From Desulfuromonadales bacterium (GTDB lineage Bacteria > Desulfobacterota > Desulfuromonadia > Desulfuromonadales > SZUA-540), in assembly GCA_033549025.1 (NCBI GenBank), contig JAWSUS010000001.1, positions 64,001 through 128,000 on the forward strand: 64,000 nt of DNA, written 5' to 3'. The notes beneath the pieces are model-generated. The model ran no database searches. It was given only the letters and a program-made list of their open reading frames with translations, and had not been told where the DNA came from. Below, piece after piece: positions 11,041 to 20,996 of this stretch (position 1 is the stretch's first letter; the number at the start of each line of letters is the position of its first letter). Both the position numbers and the translations under genes were made by a program.

Positions 11041-11408
11041 TTGGCCAAAAAGCGCTGAATGGTTTCAATGACCATGACGGACTTGAAGGGCTTGGTGATA
11101 TACCAGTCCGCCCCCACCTTTTCGCCCCGCGCCATATCCTCGCGACTCTTTTTGGCCGTGAGCATGATAACGGGGATATGCTTGGTCTGCGGGTTCTCCT
11201 TGATCCTCCTGCAGACCTCAAAGCCGTCTATCTGCGGCAGCATGATATCCAGAAGCACCAGGTCCGAAGGATTCTCGGCCAGGGAATCGAGGGCAGCCTG
11301 CCCGTTGGTCACCCCCGTGACGTCGTATCCTTTCGACGTCAACAGGATGCTTTCAAGCTTTAGAAGACTTTCTTCATCCTCAACGATCAGAATCCTTTTT
11401 TTGGACAC
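11037..11408 (-). CDS. Single-domain response regulator
   Basis: VEDE..LLDIMLP..MLTA..YITKPF. Confidence 0.9.
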   Translation of the reverse strand: MSKKRILIVEDEESLLKLESILLTSKGYDVTGVTNGQAALDSLAENPSDLVLLDIMLPQIDGFEVCRRIKENPQTKHIPVIMLTAKKSREDMARGEKVGADWYITKPFKSVMVIETIQRFLAK

Positions 11409-11426
11409 GATAGTGCTCCTTTCCCC

Positions 11427-12134
11427 TCAGCTACGTTCCGCATCGAGAACGTGGTCTAAATTCAACATAAATATCATGCGATCCTGATAACGGCCCACTC
11501 CCCTGACCATGTCCCTGTCGAGGCCCGAAAGTATCGCGGGGGGAGGTTCCGTTTTGCGGACAGGCATTTTAACGACCTGATTGATCCCATCGACCAACAG
11601 ACCGGCGCTACGCTCCCCCTTTTGACATACAATAATACGGGAAGCGGGAGAAACTTCAACCGAACCCAGCTTTATGCGCCTGGGCAGATCAAAGACGGGG
11701 ACAACCTGCCCACGCAGTGAGATGATCCCCAGCACAAAATCGGGGACCCGGGGGATCTCTTCCACTTCACGCCATTTGATGATTTCACTGACGTGGTCGA
11801 TATCCAGGGCATACTCTTCATTACCCACCGGAAAGGTGAGCCACTGCTCCACCGCTTCCCGGTCTTCCCTCGCCAATGCCGCCAGCCCTTCGGCATAGGC
11901 TTCCTCGGTGGCCAAGTCGATTTCAGGGCAATAATTGAACAGAGCTTCCAAGGGATCTGTCGCCGGCTCAGCACCCGCCGAGGGAGCCCCTTCGACCGGC
12001 GGCGCGGGAACGCCCTGAACCTGGAGGACCGGAAGACGCACCTTTTTCTCCTCCGTCGCGGCAGGCGCTACGGCGGACTTGTCTTTTTCGGCCTTCTGGG
12101 CCTTGGCTTTTTTTCGGATATCAGCAAGATTCAT
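11427..12134 (-). CDS. cheW: CheW adaptor with N-terminal extension
   Basis: IPRVPDFVLGIISLRGQVVPVFDL..GLLVDGI. Confidence 0.92.
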   Translation of the reverse strand: MNLADIRKKAKAQKAEKDKSAVAPAATEEKKVRLPVLQVQGVPAPPVEGAPSAGAEPATDPLEALFNYCPEIDLATEEAYAEGLAALAREDREAVEQWLTFPVGNEEYALDIDHVSEIIKWREVEEIPRVPDFVLGIISLRGQVVPVFDLPRRIKLGSVEVSPASRIIVCQKGERSAGLLVDGINQVVKMPVRKTEPPPAILSGLDRDMVRGVGRYQDRMIFMLNLDHVLDAERS

Positions 12135-12154
12135 GCGCAAGATTCCTGTTTTGC

Positions 12155-12961
12155 CTAGATAAGAAGATCCAGCTCGTTCATTACCGACTCCAGAACCGAG
12201 GAATCGATAGGGCGGACTTCCCGGCCAAATCCTTCCAGCAGAGCCAGTGAGGCGATCTGGTTGATCTTTCGCGGCACCCCGCCCGAGGCCTGATGGATCA
12301 GCTGTACGGCGTCATCAGCGAAAAGGCCGGGCAAACCGCCGGCCACGACAAGCCGGTAATCGAGATAAGCCCTGGTGTCTTCCAACTGCAGGGGCTGTAA
12401 ATCAAACTGCATGCCGATGCGCTGACGCAGCGGTTCAAAGGAACGGTGAGCCAGACGCTTTTTCAATTCCGGCTGTCCCATCAGGACGATACTCATAAGA
12501 TTCTGATCGTCCAGCTGAAAATTGGTCAACAGCCGAATCTCGTCGAAAGTTTCCTTGTGAGGAACCAGCTGGGCCTCGTCGATCACCAGAACCGGGCAGA
12601 CCCCCTCCTGATAAAAACGGTAGAGGGCGGCGCCAATCTCTTCGAGAAGATCGGTTTTAAAACGCGAAGGATCGGCGATATCGAGACGCAGGGCCAGCGA
12701 GCGGAGAAATTCCATGGGGGTAAGACGCGGATTAATAAAAAGAATAACCCGGAAGCCTTCTCCCAGTTCATCCATCAAAGCGCGTGAAAGGGTCGTTTTG
12801 CCGCAGCCGATGCCACCCGTAAGCAGCACGAGGTCTCTTTCTTCCACGGCGTAGGTCAGGCGCGCCAGAGCCTCGCGATGCATCCGGCTCAGATAGAGAA
12901 AGCGCGGATCGGGCGTCTTGCTGAAGGGTCGTTCGGAAAACCCGTAGAAGTCTTCATACAT
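12155..12961 (-). CDS. ExeA/GspA-family AAA+ ATPase (inside che operon)
   Basis: FYGFSERPFSKTPDPRF; Walker A GGIGCGKT; Walker B VIDEAQ; GQPEL; GVPRKIN. Confidence 0.9.
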   Translation of the reverse strand: MYEDFYGFSERPFSKTPDPRFLYLSRMHREALARLTYAVEERDLVLLTGGIGCGKTTLSRALMDELGEGFRVILFINPRLTPMEFLRSLALRLDIADPSRFKTDLLEEIGAALYRFYQEGVCPVLVIDEAQLVPHKETFDEIRLLTNFQLDDQNLMSIVLMGQPELKKRLAHRSFEPLRQRIGMQFDLQPLQLEDTRAYLDYRLVVAGGLPGLFADDAVQLIHQASGGVPRKINQIASLALLEGFGREVRPIDSSVLESVMNELDLLI

Positions 12962-15020
12962 AGAAAGAAGAATCTCCTCGCAGGGACTCGCTCATAAGAC
13001 CGCCAACATCGAGCACCAGCACGGTCTTCTGATTACCGAGATCGGCGGCACCGGCAATCCCCCGGACAAAGGACAGGGTGTTGCCCAGGGACTTGATGAC
13101 CACGTCCTGCTGGCCCAACAGATCGTCGACCACAATCCCCATCTTTTTATCGGCCAGGCCCACCACAACCACGAATAGCTTGCGGGGCGAACCTTCTTGG
13201 GCAGGTAGCCGGAACAGGTGGCTCAGTCTCACCAGAGGCAGCGTATGCTCTCGCAGATCGATGACTTCGTGGCGTTCGATGGTGCGGATCGAGGAGGTCT
13301 CGACCAGGAGGGTCTCCATGACGGAGTTGATGGGAATGGCATAGGCCTTGCCGCTGACTTTGACGACCAGGGCCTTGATAATGGCCAGCGTGATCGGGAG
13401 CGTGATGGTGACCGTCGTGCCCTGGCCGAAGGTGCTGTCGAGTTCGAGCATGCCGGAAAGAGCCGCAATGTTGTTCCGGACCACATCCATGCCGACGCCG
13501 CGGCCGGATAAGTCGGTAACTTCATCACGAGTAGAAAAACCGGGAGTCAGGATAAGATTGAAAACGTCTTCCCGCGACAATTCGGCCTCGGCGCTGATCA
13601 GCCCTTTTTCCAGAGCCTTTATCCGCACCCGCTCGGGATCGATACCCCGTCCGTCATCACGAATTTCTATGACGACGTGATTCCCTTTTTGGGAGGCCCA
13701 CAGGCAAATGCAAGCCTTTTCGGGTTTCCCCGCCGTCCGACGCTCTTCCGGCGACTCTATCCCGTGGTCGACGGCATTACGGATGATATGCATGAGCGGG
13801 TCCGAGAGATCTTCCACAATGAGCTTGTCGAGTTCGGTATCGGCGCCCCGGATATCCACCTCGACCTTTTTTCCCTGCTCGTTGGCCACACGCCGGATAA
13901 TCCGGATGACCTTTTCAAAAAGCTGCGACACGGGGACCATGCGCACATCCATAACCCCTTTTTGCAGGTCGTGAAGACGCCGCTCCAGCACCCGGGTGAC
14001 CTTCTGCAATTCGCCGGCGACCCGGCTATTCTCGGCCCTGAGCTGGTCGCACAGCATGGAGACCGCCCCTTTGGACAAGACCAGTTCGCCAACGATATTC
14101 ATAAGGAAATCGAGCTTATCGATATCGACCCGCACGGTTCGGCTGATCGACCGCAGCGACGCTCCTGTTCCCTCCGATTCAGGAGGAGGCTCCTGCATGA
14201 CTTCGGCTGTTCCGGGAGGACTGACAACCGGCGGCGAGGCCGGAATAGCGGCCGGAGGTCGGGATGTCCCCACGGCGGCATCCCTGACGATGTCGATGTC
14301 GGCATCGGGACGGTCGAGCTTTTCGCCCAGTTCAGCGTGCGAGAGGGTGGTGGCGACCAGAATCTGAAAAGCGATCTTGTCCGAAATATCCCCGGCGCAA
14401 GGCAATGTACTGACAATCTCGCCGTTGTTTTTGAGCAGTTCAGAAATCTCACCCAGTTCCTGATCGAAACTGGACAGCGCAAAAGCCACCTTGACCAGCA
14501 GGATGTGACGGCCTTTCTCCAGATTGTCGCGAAGGCGGTGTTCCTCGTATTCGGTGAGCACATTGAGGATGGCCGGATCCAGGGAGAGGGCCCGGATAGG
14601 ATCGGCTGCCTTGGGAGGGGGCGCATTGAGCAGCGCTTCGATACGTTCCTGCACCGGAGCACAGTCCAGAGTGAAGGACTCCGACTCCCCTTTGCCGTTG
14701 ACGAGACGAAGGAGCAGGTCGAGCCCCTCGAAGAGCGTTTCAACGAGAACGGGAGAAAGGGAAACCTTGCCCAGCCGAAGATGGTCAAGAAGATTTTCCA
14801 TGGTATGGGATATGGAGCCGATATCATCGAAACCGAACATGCCCGCCAGCCCTTTAATGGAATGGGCACTGCGGAATATGCTGTTGAGCAGATCGGGGTC
14901 CGTTTCGCGCCCGTCGCTTCCATCACCGAGAGCCATGAGATCGATACTCAGCTTCTCGATGATCTCCTCGGCCTCCGCGAGAAAGTCTTTAATGGCGCGC
15001 GATGATGAATTGCCGGACAA
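12954..15020 (-). CDS. cheA: Chemotaxis histidine kinase CheA
   Basis: Hpt FRSAHSIKG; HIIRNAVDHG; DDGRG; SGRGVGMDVV; C-terminal CheW domain. Confidence 0.97.
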   Translation of the reverse strand: MSGNSSSRAIKDFLAEAEEIIEKLSIDLMALGDGSDGRETDPDLLNSIFRSAHSIKGLAGMFGFDDIGSISHTMENLLDHLRLGKVSLSPVLVETLFEGLDLLLRLVNGKGESESFTLDCAPVQERIEALLNAPPPKAADPIRALSLDPAILNVLTEYEEHRLRDNLEKGRHILLVKVAFALSSFDQELGEISELLKNNGEIVSTLPCAGDISDKIAFQILVATTLSHAELGEKLDRPDADIDIVRDAAVGTSRPPAAIPASPPVVSPPGTAEVMQEPPPESEGTGASLRSISRTVRVDIDKLDFLMNIVGELVLSKGAVSMLCDQLRAENSRVAGELQKVTRVLERRLHDLQKGVMDVRMVPVSQLFEKVIRIIRRVANEQGKKVEVDIRGADTELDKLIVEDLSDPLMHIIRNAVDHGIESPEERRTAGKPEKACICLWASQKGNHVVIEIRDDGRGIDPERVRIKALEKGLISAEAELSREDVFNLILTPGFSTRDEVTDLSGRGVGMDVVRNNIAALSGMLELDSTFGQGTTVTITLPITLAIIKALVVKVSGKAYAIPINSVMETLLVETSSIRTIERHEVIDLREHTLPLVRLSHLFRLPAQEGSPRKLFVVVVGLADKKMGIVVDDLLGQQDVVIKSLGNTLSFVRGIAGAADLGNQKTVLVLDVGGLMSESLRGDSSFYV

Positions 15021-15029
15021 AATCCCCTC

Positions 15030-15398
15030 CTAACCCAGGTATTTTCGAATCAACTCCTGCAACTGCTCAGGGGAAAAAGGTTTGACCAGATATTCGTCCG
15101 CCCCGAGAGCCATCCCTTTTTCCCGATCCCGCTCACTCCCCTCGGTGCTGATGATGATGAGGGGCGTGGTTTGGTAGTTGGGGTTGGTTTTGATAAAACT
15201 GACCAGTTCCAGACCGTTGATATCCGGCATATTGATATCGGTGACGACCAGATCCACCTTTTCGCGGGGAAGTATCCGCAGGGCCTCAAACCCGTTGGAC
15301 GCCTCGATCACCTCAAAGTCGCCAATCGCCTCAATGGTTGAGACGATGAGCGAGCGCATGGTCGGCGAGTCTTCGGTAATCAGTATTTTCTTTGGCAC
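15030..15398 (-). CDS. cheY: CheY-like response regulator
   Basis: TEDSPTMR..DLVVTDINMP..YLVKPF; GTG start. Confidence 0.9.
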   Translation of the reverse strand: MPKKILITEDSPTMRSLIVSTIEAIGDFEVIEASNGFEALRILPREKVDLVVTDINMPDINGLELVSFIKTNPNYQTTPLIIISTEGSERDREKGMALGADEYLVKPFSPEQLQELIRKYLG

Positions 15399-15458
15399 GT
15401 TACAGGCCTCACATTACGAGGGATAAAATCAGCGGACACCACAGCGTCTGCCCAAAAG

Positions 15459-16724
15459 TCAACCGGTGCTTCTTGAATTCCCTCTTCGGTCCGCCAGGGT
15501 TCGTTCCATGGCCAGCCCGGCTTGAGACAGAAAGATTTCCAGGGCTTCCGTGTTGCCGATCGGCTTCTTCTCGGGAAGATTGTCACCGTAAAGGACAGCA
15601 ACAACCATACCGTCACTGATAATCGGGCCGAGAAAAACGTCCACCGGGCTGTCTCCGCCCAACTGGTCTTTCAGGTAGGTGTCCCAATATCCCGTCCCCA
15701 ACGGAACCTTCTCTACCGTCTTCTCTTCAATAACCCGGTGAAAAACCGAAGGTTTGGACCGGGGGATTTTCATGCGCCGCACCCGCAGGTCCGCGCTTTC
15801 ACCGGCGGCGATGCCAAATTGCCCAAGGCCGACGATCTCCTCCTCTTTGACCAGGAAAATGACGGCCCGGTTCATCAGTTCACTGGCGAAGCGCAGTACC
15901 AGCAGAATAACCCCGCCGCCGAGAGACGGATTACTCAATTCCTGCAGCATGCCCTTGAGCAGGCGAAGCCCGGGGGATTCGGGCCCTTTGACGGGCACCC
16001 CGACAGGCTCTTCGCCCAATTCGGCCAGCAGTTCGGCACCAAAGTTGACCAGCGCGGCAGGCTCGTTGCCCCCCGGGCAACTTTTTTCGGCCTTCACCGA
16101 ACCTGTCGCGGTAGCAGATCCGGTCATTCCAGATGAAATCCCCGCCTGCGGTGAATCCGAGTCGATGCCCCAAAGGAAATTTTCGTCTTTCGCCTGGGCT
16201 GATTGTTCCTGTCGACGCCTTTCATCCAGCAGGCGACTTCCCTCCATGGCCAGCCATTGGGGATTGAGACCCTGGTCGAGCATAAACTGCAAAGGGTCAA
16301 CCCGGGTCTCGCCCAAAGCCTCCGGTTCCCGGAGTTCAAAAGCGAAAGTCCCCTCCGTCCAGCCAAAAAATCCGTATACCAGCTTTTCGATCTGCCTGCG
16401 GACCACGTTTTCGATGTCCACGGCGGCAATAGCGTAATGCTCGACGAGAATGGCGCCCAAACGCAGGGCGCCTTCACTCTGCCGCTGGTGTTCAAGGGCC
16501 GCGTGGAGCGTATCGAGGGGAACGACCCCGGATCGCACGAGAAGATCGCCGAGATTTTCCGGCTCGGTACTGGAAGCAGCTCGAATGACCTGGCCGTTTT
16601 TGAAATAAATCGAACCTTGTCGCCCGCGACTGTTCAGCGAGAGCACCCCTGACTTGCGGCTCAGGCTGACAATCTGGAGAATTTCTCCCAGGCCCAGGTC
16701 TTCAAGATTTCCGACTAAACTCAT
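15459..16724 (-). CDS. DUF4388 (PATAN-like) domain protein with C-terminal GAF-like domain
   Basis: MSLVGNLEDLGLGEILQIV..KSGVL..IYFKNG..WTEGTFAF; C-terminal LVLRFASELMNRAVIF..LYGDN. Confidence 0.8.
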   Translation of the reverse strand: MSLVGNLEDLGLGEILQIVSLSRKSGVLSLNSRGRQGSIYFKNGQVIRAASSTEPENLGDLLVRSGVVPLDTLHAALEHQRQSEGALRLGAILVEHYAIAAVDIENVVRRQIEKLVYGFFGWTEGTFAFELREPEALGETRVDPLQFMLDQGLNPQWLAMEGSRLLDERRRQEQSAQAKDENFLWGIDSDSPQAGISSGMTGSATATGSVKAEKSCPGGNEPAALVNFGAELLAELGEEPVGVPVKGPESPGLRLLKGMLQELSNPSLGGGVILLVLRFASELMNRAVIFLVKEEEIVGLGQFGIAAGESADLRVRRMKIPRSKPSVFHRVIEEKTVEKVPLGTGYWDTYLKDQLGGDSPVDVFLGPIISDGMVVAVLYGDNLPEKKPIGNTEALEIFLSQAGLAMERTLADRRGNSRSTG

Positions 16725-16773
16725 GGTGGTCCAGAGCCGAATTGACGTAAGGGTTCAAAATTAAATAGAAAAC

Positions 16774-16802
16774 AATATATCCCAGCCCCTGGGGCAAGTA
16801 AA
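16774..16802 (-). promoter_or_regulatory. Putative sigma70 promoter of the che operon
   Basis: TTTACT-17 nt-TATATT on the minus strand, in the der-DUF4388 spacer. Confidence 0.5.
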
Positions 16803-16808
16803 GGTTTT

Positions 16809-18134
16809 TTACCCCTGGCCTTTGCGTTCGCGGTCCCGGAAAATCAGCCGGATAGGAACGCCTTCAAAGCCGAACGCTTCCCGGAGCTTGTTCTGCAGGT
16901 ACCGTTCGTAAGAGAAATGAATCCCTTCAGCCTTGTTGGCGAAAACCACGAAGGTGGGTGGTCGCACCTGGGTCTGGGTCATGTAGAAGAATTTAAGCCG
17001 CGTTCCCTGAACCACCGGAGGCGCATGACTGCGCACCGCTTCTTCAAGGATGCGGTTCAGGGCGGCGGTGGGAACCTGGCGGTTAAATTCGGCAGCCACA
17101 GCCTCGACTTCACCCATAATCTTCGCCACCCGTTGCCCGGTTAGCGCCGAGACGAAAATAATCGGCGCAAAAGGGAGGAATTTGAAGCTCATACGCAGTT
17201 TTTCGGTGTACTGCCGCAGGGTTTTGTTGTCTTTTTCAATCTTGTCCCACTTGTTGACAACCAGAATGACGGCCCTGCCCTTTTCATAGGCATACCCGGC
17301 CACCGTCAGGTCCTGATCCGTAACCCCTTCTTCGGCGTCAATAACCACCAGAACCACATGGGAACGGTCCATCGCTTTTAGGGCCTGGATAACGCTGAAC
17401 TTTTCCAGTTTCTGGCTGACCTTTCCCTTGCGACGGATGCCCGCCGTGTCAATCAGAACGTAGCGTTTTTGGTTATAGGTGAAGGGCGTATCGACGCTGT
17501 CCCGGGTGGTACCGGCCATGGGATTGGCCACGACACGCTCATACCCCAGCAGGCGGTTGACGAGGGAGGACTTGCCGACGTTGGGACGGCCGATGACCGC
17601 CAGGCGCACTTCCTCCGTCTCCGCCTCCGGCGCTTTTGCCGGGGGAAGATGGGTCAGCACCGCATCGACCAGATCCCCTACCCCCACGCCGTGTTCAGCC
17701 GAAACAGGGTGGAGCTCATCCAGCCCCAGAGCATAGAACTCGGCCATGGCCTCCTCCTGCTTGGGACCATCGACCTTGTTGACCACAAAGAGCACGGGTT
17801 TGTCGACGCGGCGCAGCATGGCGGCAACTTCCTCGTCGGAGGGAGTGAGTCCCTCCCGTCCGTCGAGGACGAAGAGAATCACATCGGCCTCTTCCACGGC
17901 CAGTTGCGACTGCTCACGCATCTGAACCAGCAGCCGCTCTTCGCTGGCCGGCTCGAAACCGCCCGTATCCATGAGGATAAAGGGCGCGTCGTACTTGGTG
18001 ACTTCTGCGTAGTTGCGGTCCCGGGTGACGCCCGGAAAATCCTCGACGATGGCTTTACGCTGACCGAGAATGCGGTTAAAGAGCGTGGACTTACCGACGT
18101 TGGGGCGGCCGACGATTGCAACGAGTGGACTCAT
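16809..18134 (-). CDS. der: Ribosome biogenesis GTPase Der (EngA)
   Basis: Two tandem GRPNVGKS G-domains. Confidence 0.97.
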   Translation of the reverse strand: MSPLVAIVGRPNVGKSTLFNRILGQRKAIVEDFPGVTRDRNYAEVTKYDAPFILMDTGGFEPASEERLLVQMREQSQLAVEEADVILFVLDGREGLTPSDEEVAAMLRRVDKPVLFVVNKVDGPKQEEAMAEFYALGLDELHPVSAEHGVGVGDLVDAVLTHLPPAKAPEAETEEVRLAVIGRPNVGKSSLVNRLLGYERVVANPMAGTTRDSVDTPFTYNQKRYVLIDTAGIRRKGKVSQKLEKFSVIQALKAMDRSHVVLVVIDAEEGVTDQDLTVAGYAYEKGRAVILVVNKWDKIEKDNKTLRQYTEKLRMSFKFLPFAPIIFVSALTGQRVAKIMGEVEAVAAEFNRQVPTAALNRILEEAVRSHAPPVVQGTRLKFFYMTQTQVRPPTFVVFANKAEGIHFSYERYLQNKLREAFGFEGVPIRLIFRDRERKGQG

Positions 18135-18173
18135 GTCTGTGTTTTCCGTTCTTTCCGTAAATGACTTTAGAGG

Positions 18174-19082
18174 CTATTCGTAGCCGAACTCTTTCAACAG
18201 CTTGTCGGATTCCGTCCAGTTTTTCTGTACCTTGACAAACAGCTCGAGGTAGACGCGGGTTCCCAGCATCCTTTCGATATCGACCCGGGCCGCTTTGCCG
18301 ATGGCGCGGATCTTCTCGCCGCCCTTGCCGAGGATGATTTTTTTGTGGGGTTCCCGCTCCACCAGAATCGCCGCGGCGATGACCACGAGATCCTTATCCG
18401 GCTTTTCGGTAAAGCTTTCCACCACGACGGCCACCCCGTAGGGCACCTCGTCCCGCACCTGTTTGAGGATCTGCTCGCGCACCATTTCGGCGACGATGAA
18501 GCGTTCGGGAAGATCGGTGACCATGTCCTCGGGATAGTAGCGCGGCCCGGGCGGCAGCAGGTCGTATGTGGCTTTGACCAGAGCGTCCACCCCGCTGCCT
18601 TTCAAACCCGAAATGGGGATAATGGCGGCGAAATCGCGCTTCTGCGCATAAATTTCAATCAGAGGGAGCAAGGCCTCCGGCGACACCTGGTCGATCTTGT
18701 TGATGACCAGAATGACGGGCACCGAACTGCGCGAGAGAACGTCAAGAATGAAGTCATCCCCTCCCCCGGGGCGATCCGTCGCCTCGATCAGAAAAAGCAC
18801 GACATCGACATCAGCGCAGGCCGCCATGGCCTGATCGACCATATAGCGATTGAGCTTGCCGGTGGCACGATGAATACCCGGAGTATCAAGAAAGAGAATC
18901 TGGCCGTCGTCGAGGTTGTGAATACCGAGAATCCGGTTGCGGGTCGTCTGGGGTTTGGGCGAAGCAATGGCGATCTTCTGTCCGAGTATCCGGTTCAACA
19001 GGGTCGATTTGCCGACATTGGGACGCCCGATAATCGAGACAAAACCAGAGCGAAAGGGGGGCTGTTCAGTGTTCAATGACAA
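18174..19082 (-). CDS. era: GTPase Era
   Basis: [24 protein letters not shown] domain IILGKGG. Confidence 0.97.
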   Translation of the reverse strand: MSLNTEQPPFRSGFVSIIGRPNVGKSTLLNRILGQKIAIASPKPQTTRNRILGIHNLDDGQILFLDTPGIHRATGKLNRYMVDQAMAACADVDVVLFLIEATDRPGGGDDFILDVLSRSSVPVILVINKIDQVSPEALLPLIEIYAQKRDFAAIIPISGLKGSGVDALVKATYDLLPPGPRYYPEDMVTDLPERFIVAEMVREQILKQVRDEVPYGVAVVVESFTEKPDKDLVVIAAAILVEREPHKKIILGKGGEKIRAIGKAARVDIERMLGTRVYLELFVKVQKNWTESDKLLKEFGYE

Positions 19083-19087
19083 GATCC

Positions 19088-20098
19088 TTAGTAAGCGGCC
19101 AGTTCCATGAGGGAAAATGACTCGGAGCCAACATGCAGTGTCCCGCGGGGGATGTCCTTTTGCCCGGAAATGGCAAAATCCCCTCTGCGGGTTCGAATAA
19201 ATTCCAGGTTCTGGCGACGCTGCCCCAGGGCATCCGACAACTCGGACGAACAGACGAGAATCGGCTGTGCCGAAGTCTCTTCCACGACCCGCAGCAGCGC
19301 CCGCCGCCAGAGATGCGAACGCACGAGCTGTCCAAAAGCAGGATGATAGGGTCCGGCCACCACCCCCGCAGGACCATCGAGTTCCCGGGTCGGCTGCAGT
19401 CCCAGACGGATCACGGGCACCGCGGCCTGCCGGCAGCGCCAGAGCATCTCCGCGCAGATTCCGACCGCCTCATCCAGACTGAGCGGCTCGAATTGTCCGC
19501 GGTCAAATAGTGTCTCCAGCGCGCTGCCAGCCAACACCACCGTCGGGTAAATGCGCAGAAAATCCGGCTGCAGCTCCAAAGCCGTTTGCAGGGACCACAG
19601 GGCTTCTGCCCGATCGCCGCCGGGGAGCCCGGGCATCAGCTGCAAGCCCACCGCCAGCCCGGCGCGCCGGACTCTCGCCGTGGCGTTAACCGCCGCTTCG
19701 GCAGAGTGTCCTCGGCCAGAGCGGGCCAAGACCTCGGGATCAAAGGACTGACAGCCGATCTCGATGGTGCGCAGCGGAAATCCGTCCAGAACGTCCAGAT
19801 GCCGGTTTTCCAGACCGTCAGGGCGGGTCGAGATGCGAATTCCCCCGGCGCGCCCGGCCCGGACAAATCGAGCGGCGACCTCCAGGTAATCCCGCTGTCG
19901 CGTCGCCGGCAGCAGGGTAAAGGACCCGCCGTAAAAGGCAATATCCCCGTCTCCGGCAGGAGGCAGCAGCCGGTTCAAGGCATCGGCCACGTCAAGGGGC
20001 GCCGGCGCCGCCGAATGACCGGAGGTCTTCTCCTGTTGACAGAAGAGACAGCGATGCGGACACCCTTCATGGGGAATAAAGAAAGGGAAAACCTGCAT
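19088..20098 (-). CDS. Elp3/YhcC-like radical SAM protein
   Basis: FIPHEGCPHRCLFCQQ (CxxxCxxC); IRISTRPD; GPYHPAFG. Confidence 0.85.
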   Translation of the reverse strand: MQVFPFFIPHEGCPHRCLFCQQEKTSGHSAAPAPLDVADALNRLLPPAGDGDIAFYGGSFTLLPATRQRDYLEVAARFVRAGRAGGIRISTRPDGLENRHLDVLDGFPLRTIEIGCQSFDPEVLARSGRGHSAEAAVNATARVRRAGLAVGLQLMPGLPGGDRAEALWSLQTALELQPDFLRIYPTVVLAGSALETLFDRGQFEPLSLDEAVGICAEMLWRCRQAAVPVIRLGLQPTRELDGPAGVVAGPYHPAFGQLVRSHLWRRALLRVVEETSAQPILVCSSELSDALGQRRQNLEFIRTRRGDFAISGQKDIPRGTLHVGSESFSLMELAAY

Positions 20099-20109
20099 AC
20101 CGTCAGCGC

Positions 20110-20811
20110 CTAGGGGCGCTCCATTTCGGCCAGAGCCTGCCGGGCCGCCTCTTGTTCCGCCGCTTTTTTCGTGCGCCCGCTCCCCTGCCCGATGGTCTGG
20201 TCGTCGAAGCGGACCTCAACCGTATAGAGGCGTTCATGATCAGGCCCTTCGGCACTGACCAGAATATAAGACGGCGTCCGATTGTACTGCCCCTGCATCA
20301 AGACCTGCAGACGGGTCTTGTGGTCGACGCCGGCCTTGCATTTTACCGACCGGGTAATCTCCTCGACAAACAGGCGATCGACAATGGACTTGACGGAGCC
20401 ATAACCCGCATCGGTAAAGATGGCTCCCAGCAGCGCTTCAAAGGCATCAGCAAGCAGGCTGTCCTTCTGCCGACCGCCACTGCGCTCTTCTCCCTTACCG
20501 AGCAAGAGACAGGCCCCTATATCCAGCTTTTTGCCGATGGCCGCCAAACCCTTTTCGCGTACGACCTCGGCCCGCACCCGGGTCATCTCCCCTTCCGGCA
20601 ACTGGGAATAGCGGCTGAAAATATGTTCACTGACCGCCAGATCAAGGACAGCATCCCCGAGAAATTCGAGACGTTCACTGAAAGGCAGGTCGATTCCGGC
20701 CTGTTCATTGCTATAGGACTTGTGCGTCAGAGCCTCACGCAAAAGGTCGGCCCGCGCAAAACGGTAGTCCAGCTTTTGGCACAGACGCTGTTCACATTCT
20801 CGAAGCTGCAT
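20110..20811 (-). CDS. rnc: Ribonuclease III
   Basis: ERLEFLGDAVL signature; ADAFEALLGAI; dsRBD KKAAEQEAA. Confidence 0.96.
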   Translation of the reverse strand: MQLRECEQRLCQKLDYRFARADLLREALTHKSYSNEQAGIDLPFSERLEFLGDAVLDLAVSEHIFSRYSQLPEGEMTRVRAEVVREKGLAAIGKKLDIGACLLLGKGEERSGGRQKDSLLADAFEALLGAIFTDAGYGSVKSIVDRLFVEEITRSVKCKAGVDHKTRLQVLMQGQYNRTPSYILVSAEGPDHERLYTVEVRFDDQTIGQGSGRTKKAAEQEAARQALAEMERP

Positions 20812-20868
20812 CGTTTCTCGTTTCAAAAAGAACCCGCACGGGCCCTCCAAGTGGTCAAATCGGCTGGG

Positions 20869-20897
20869 AGTATACTAAATTCCCATGGTCTTATCAA
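20869..20897 (-). promoter_or_regulatory. Putative sigma70 promoter of rnc-rSAM-era-der
   Basis: TTGATA-17 nt-TATACT on the minus strand. Confidence 0.65.
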
Positions 20898-20925
20898 TGT
20901 TTACCCTGAGGATGGAATCTTTTCC

Positions 20926-20955
20926 TTGATTCCGCCCGGTTCCATTCACTATAAT
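20926..20955 (+). promoter_or_regulatory. Putative sigma70 promoter of tmk-holB-ricT-metG
   Basis: TTGATT-18 nt-TATAAT; back-to-back with the rnc promoter. Confidence 0.65.
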
Positions 20956-20996
20956 GTCGAATTTTAAAAGATATTCTTATTATCAGCCTGGATACC

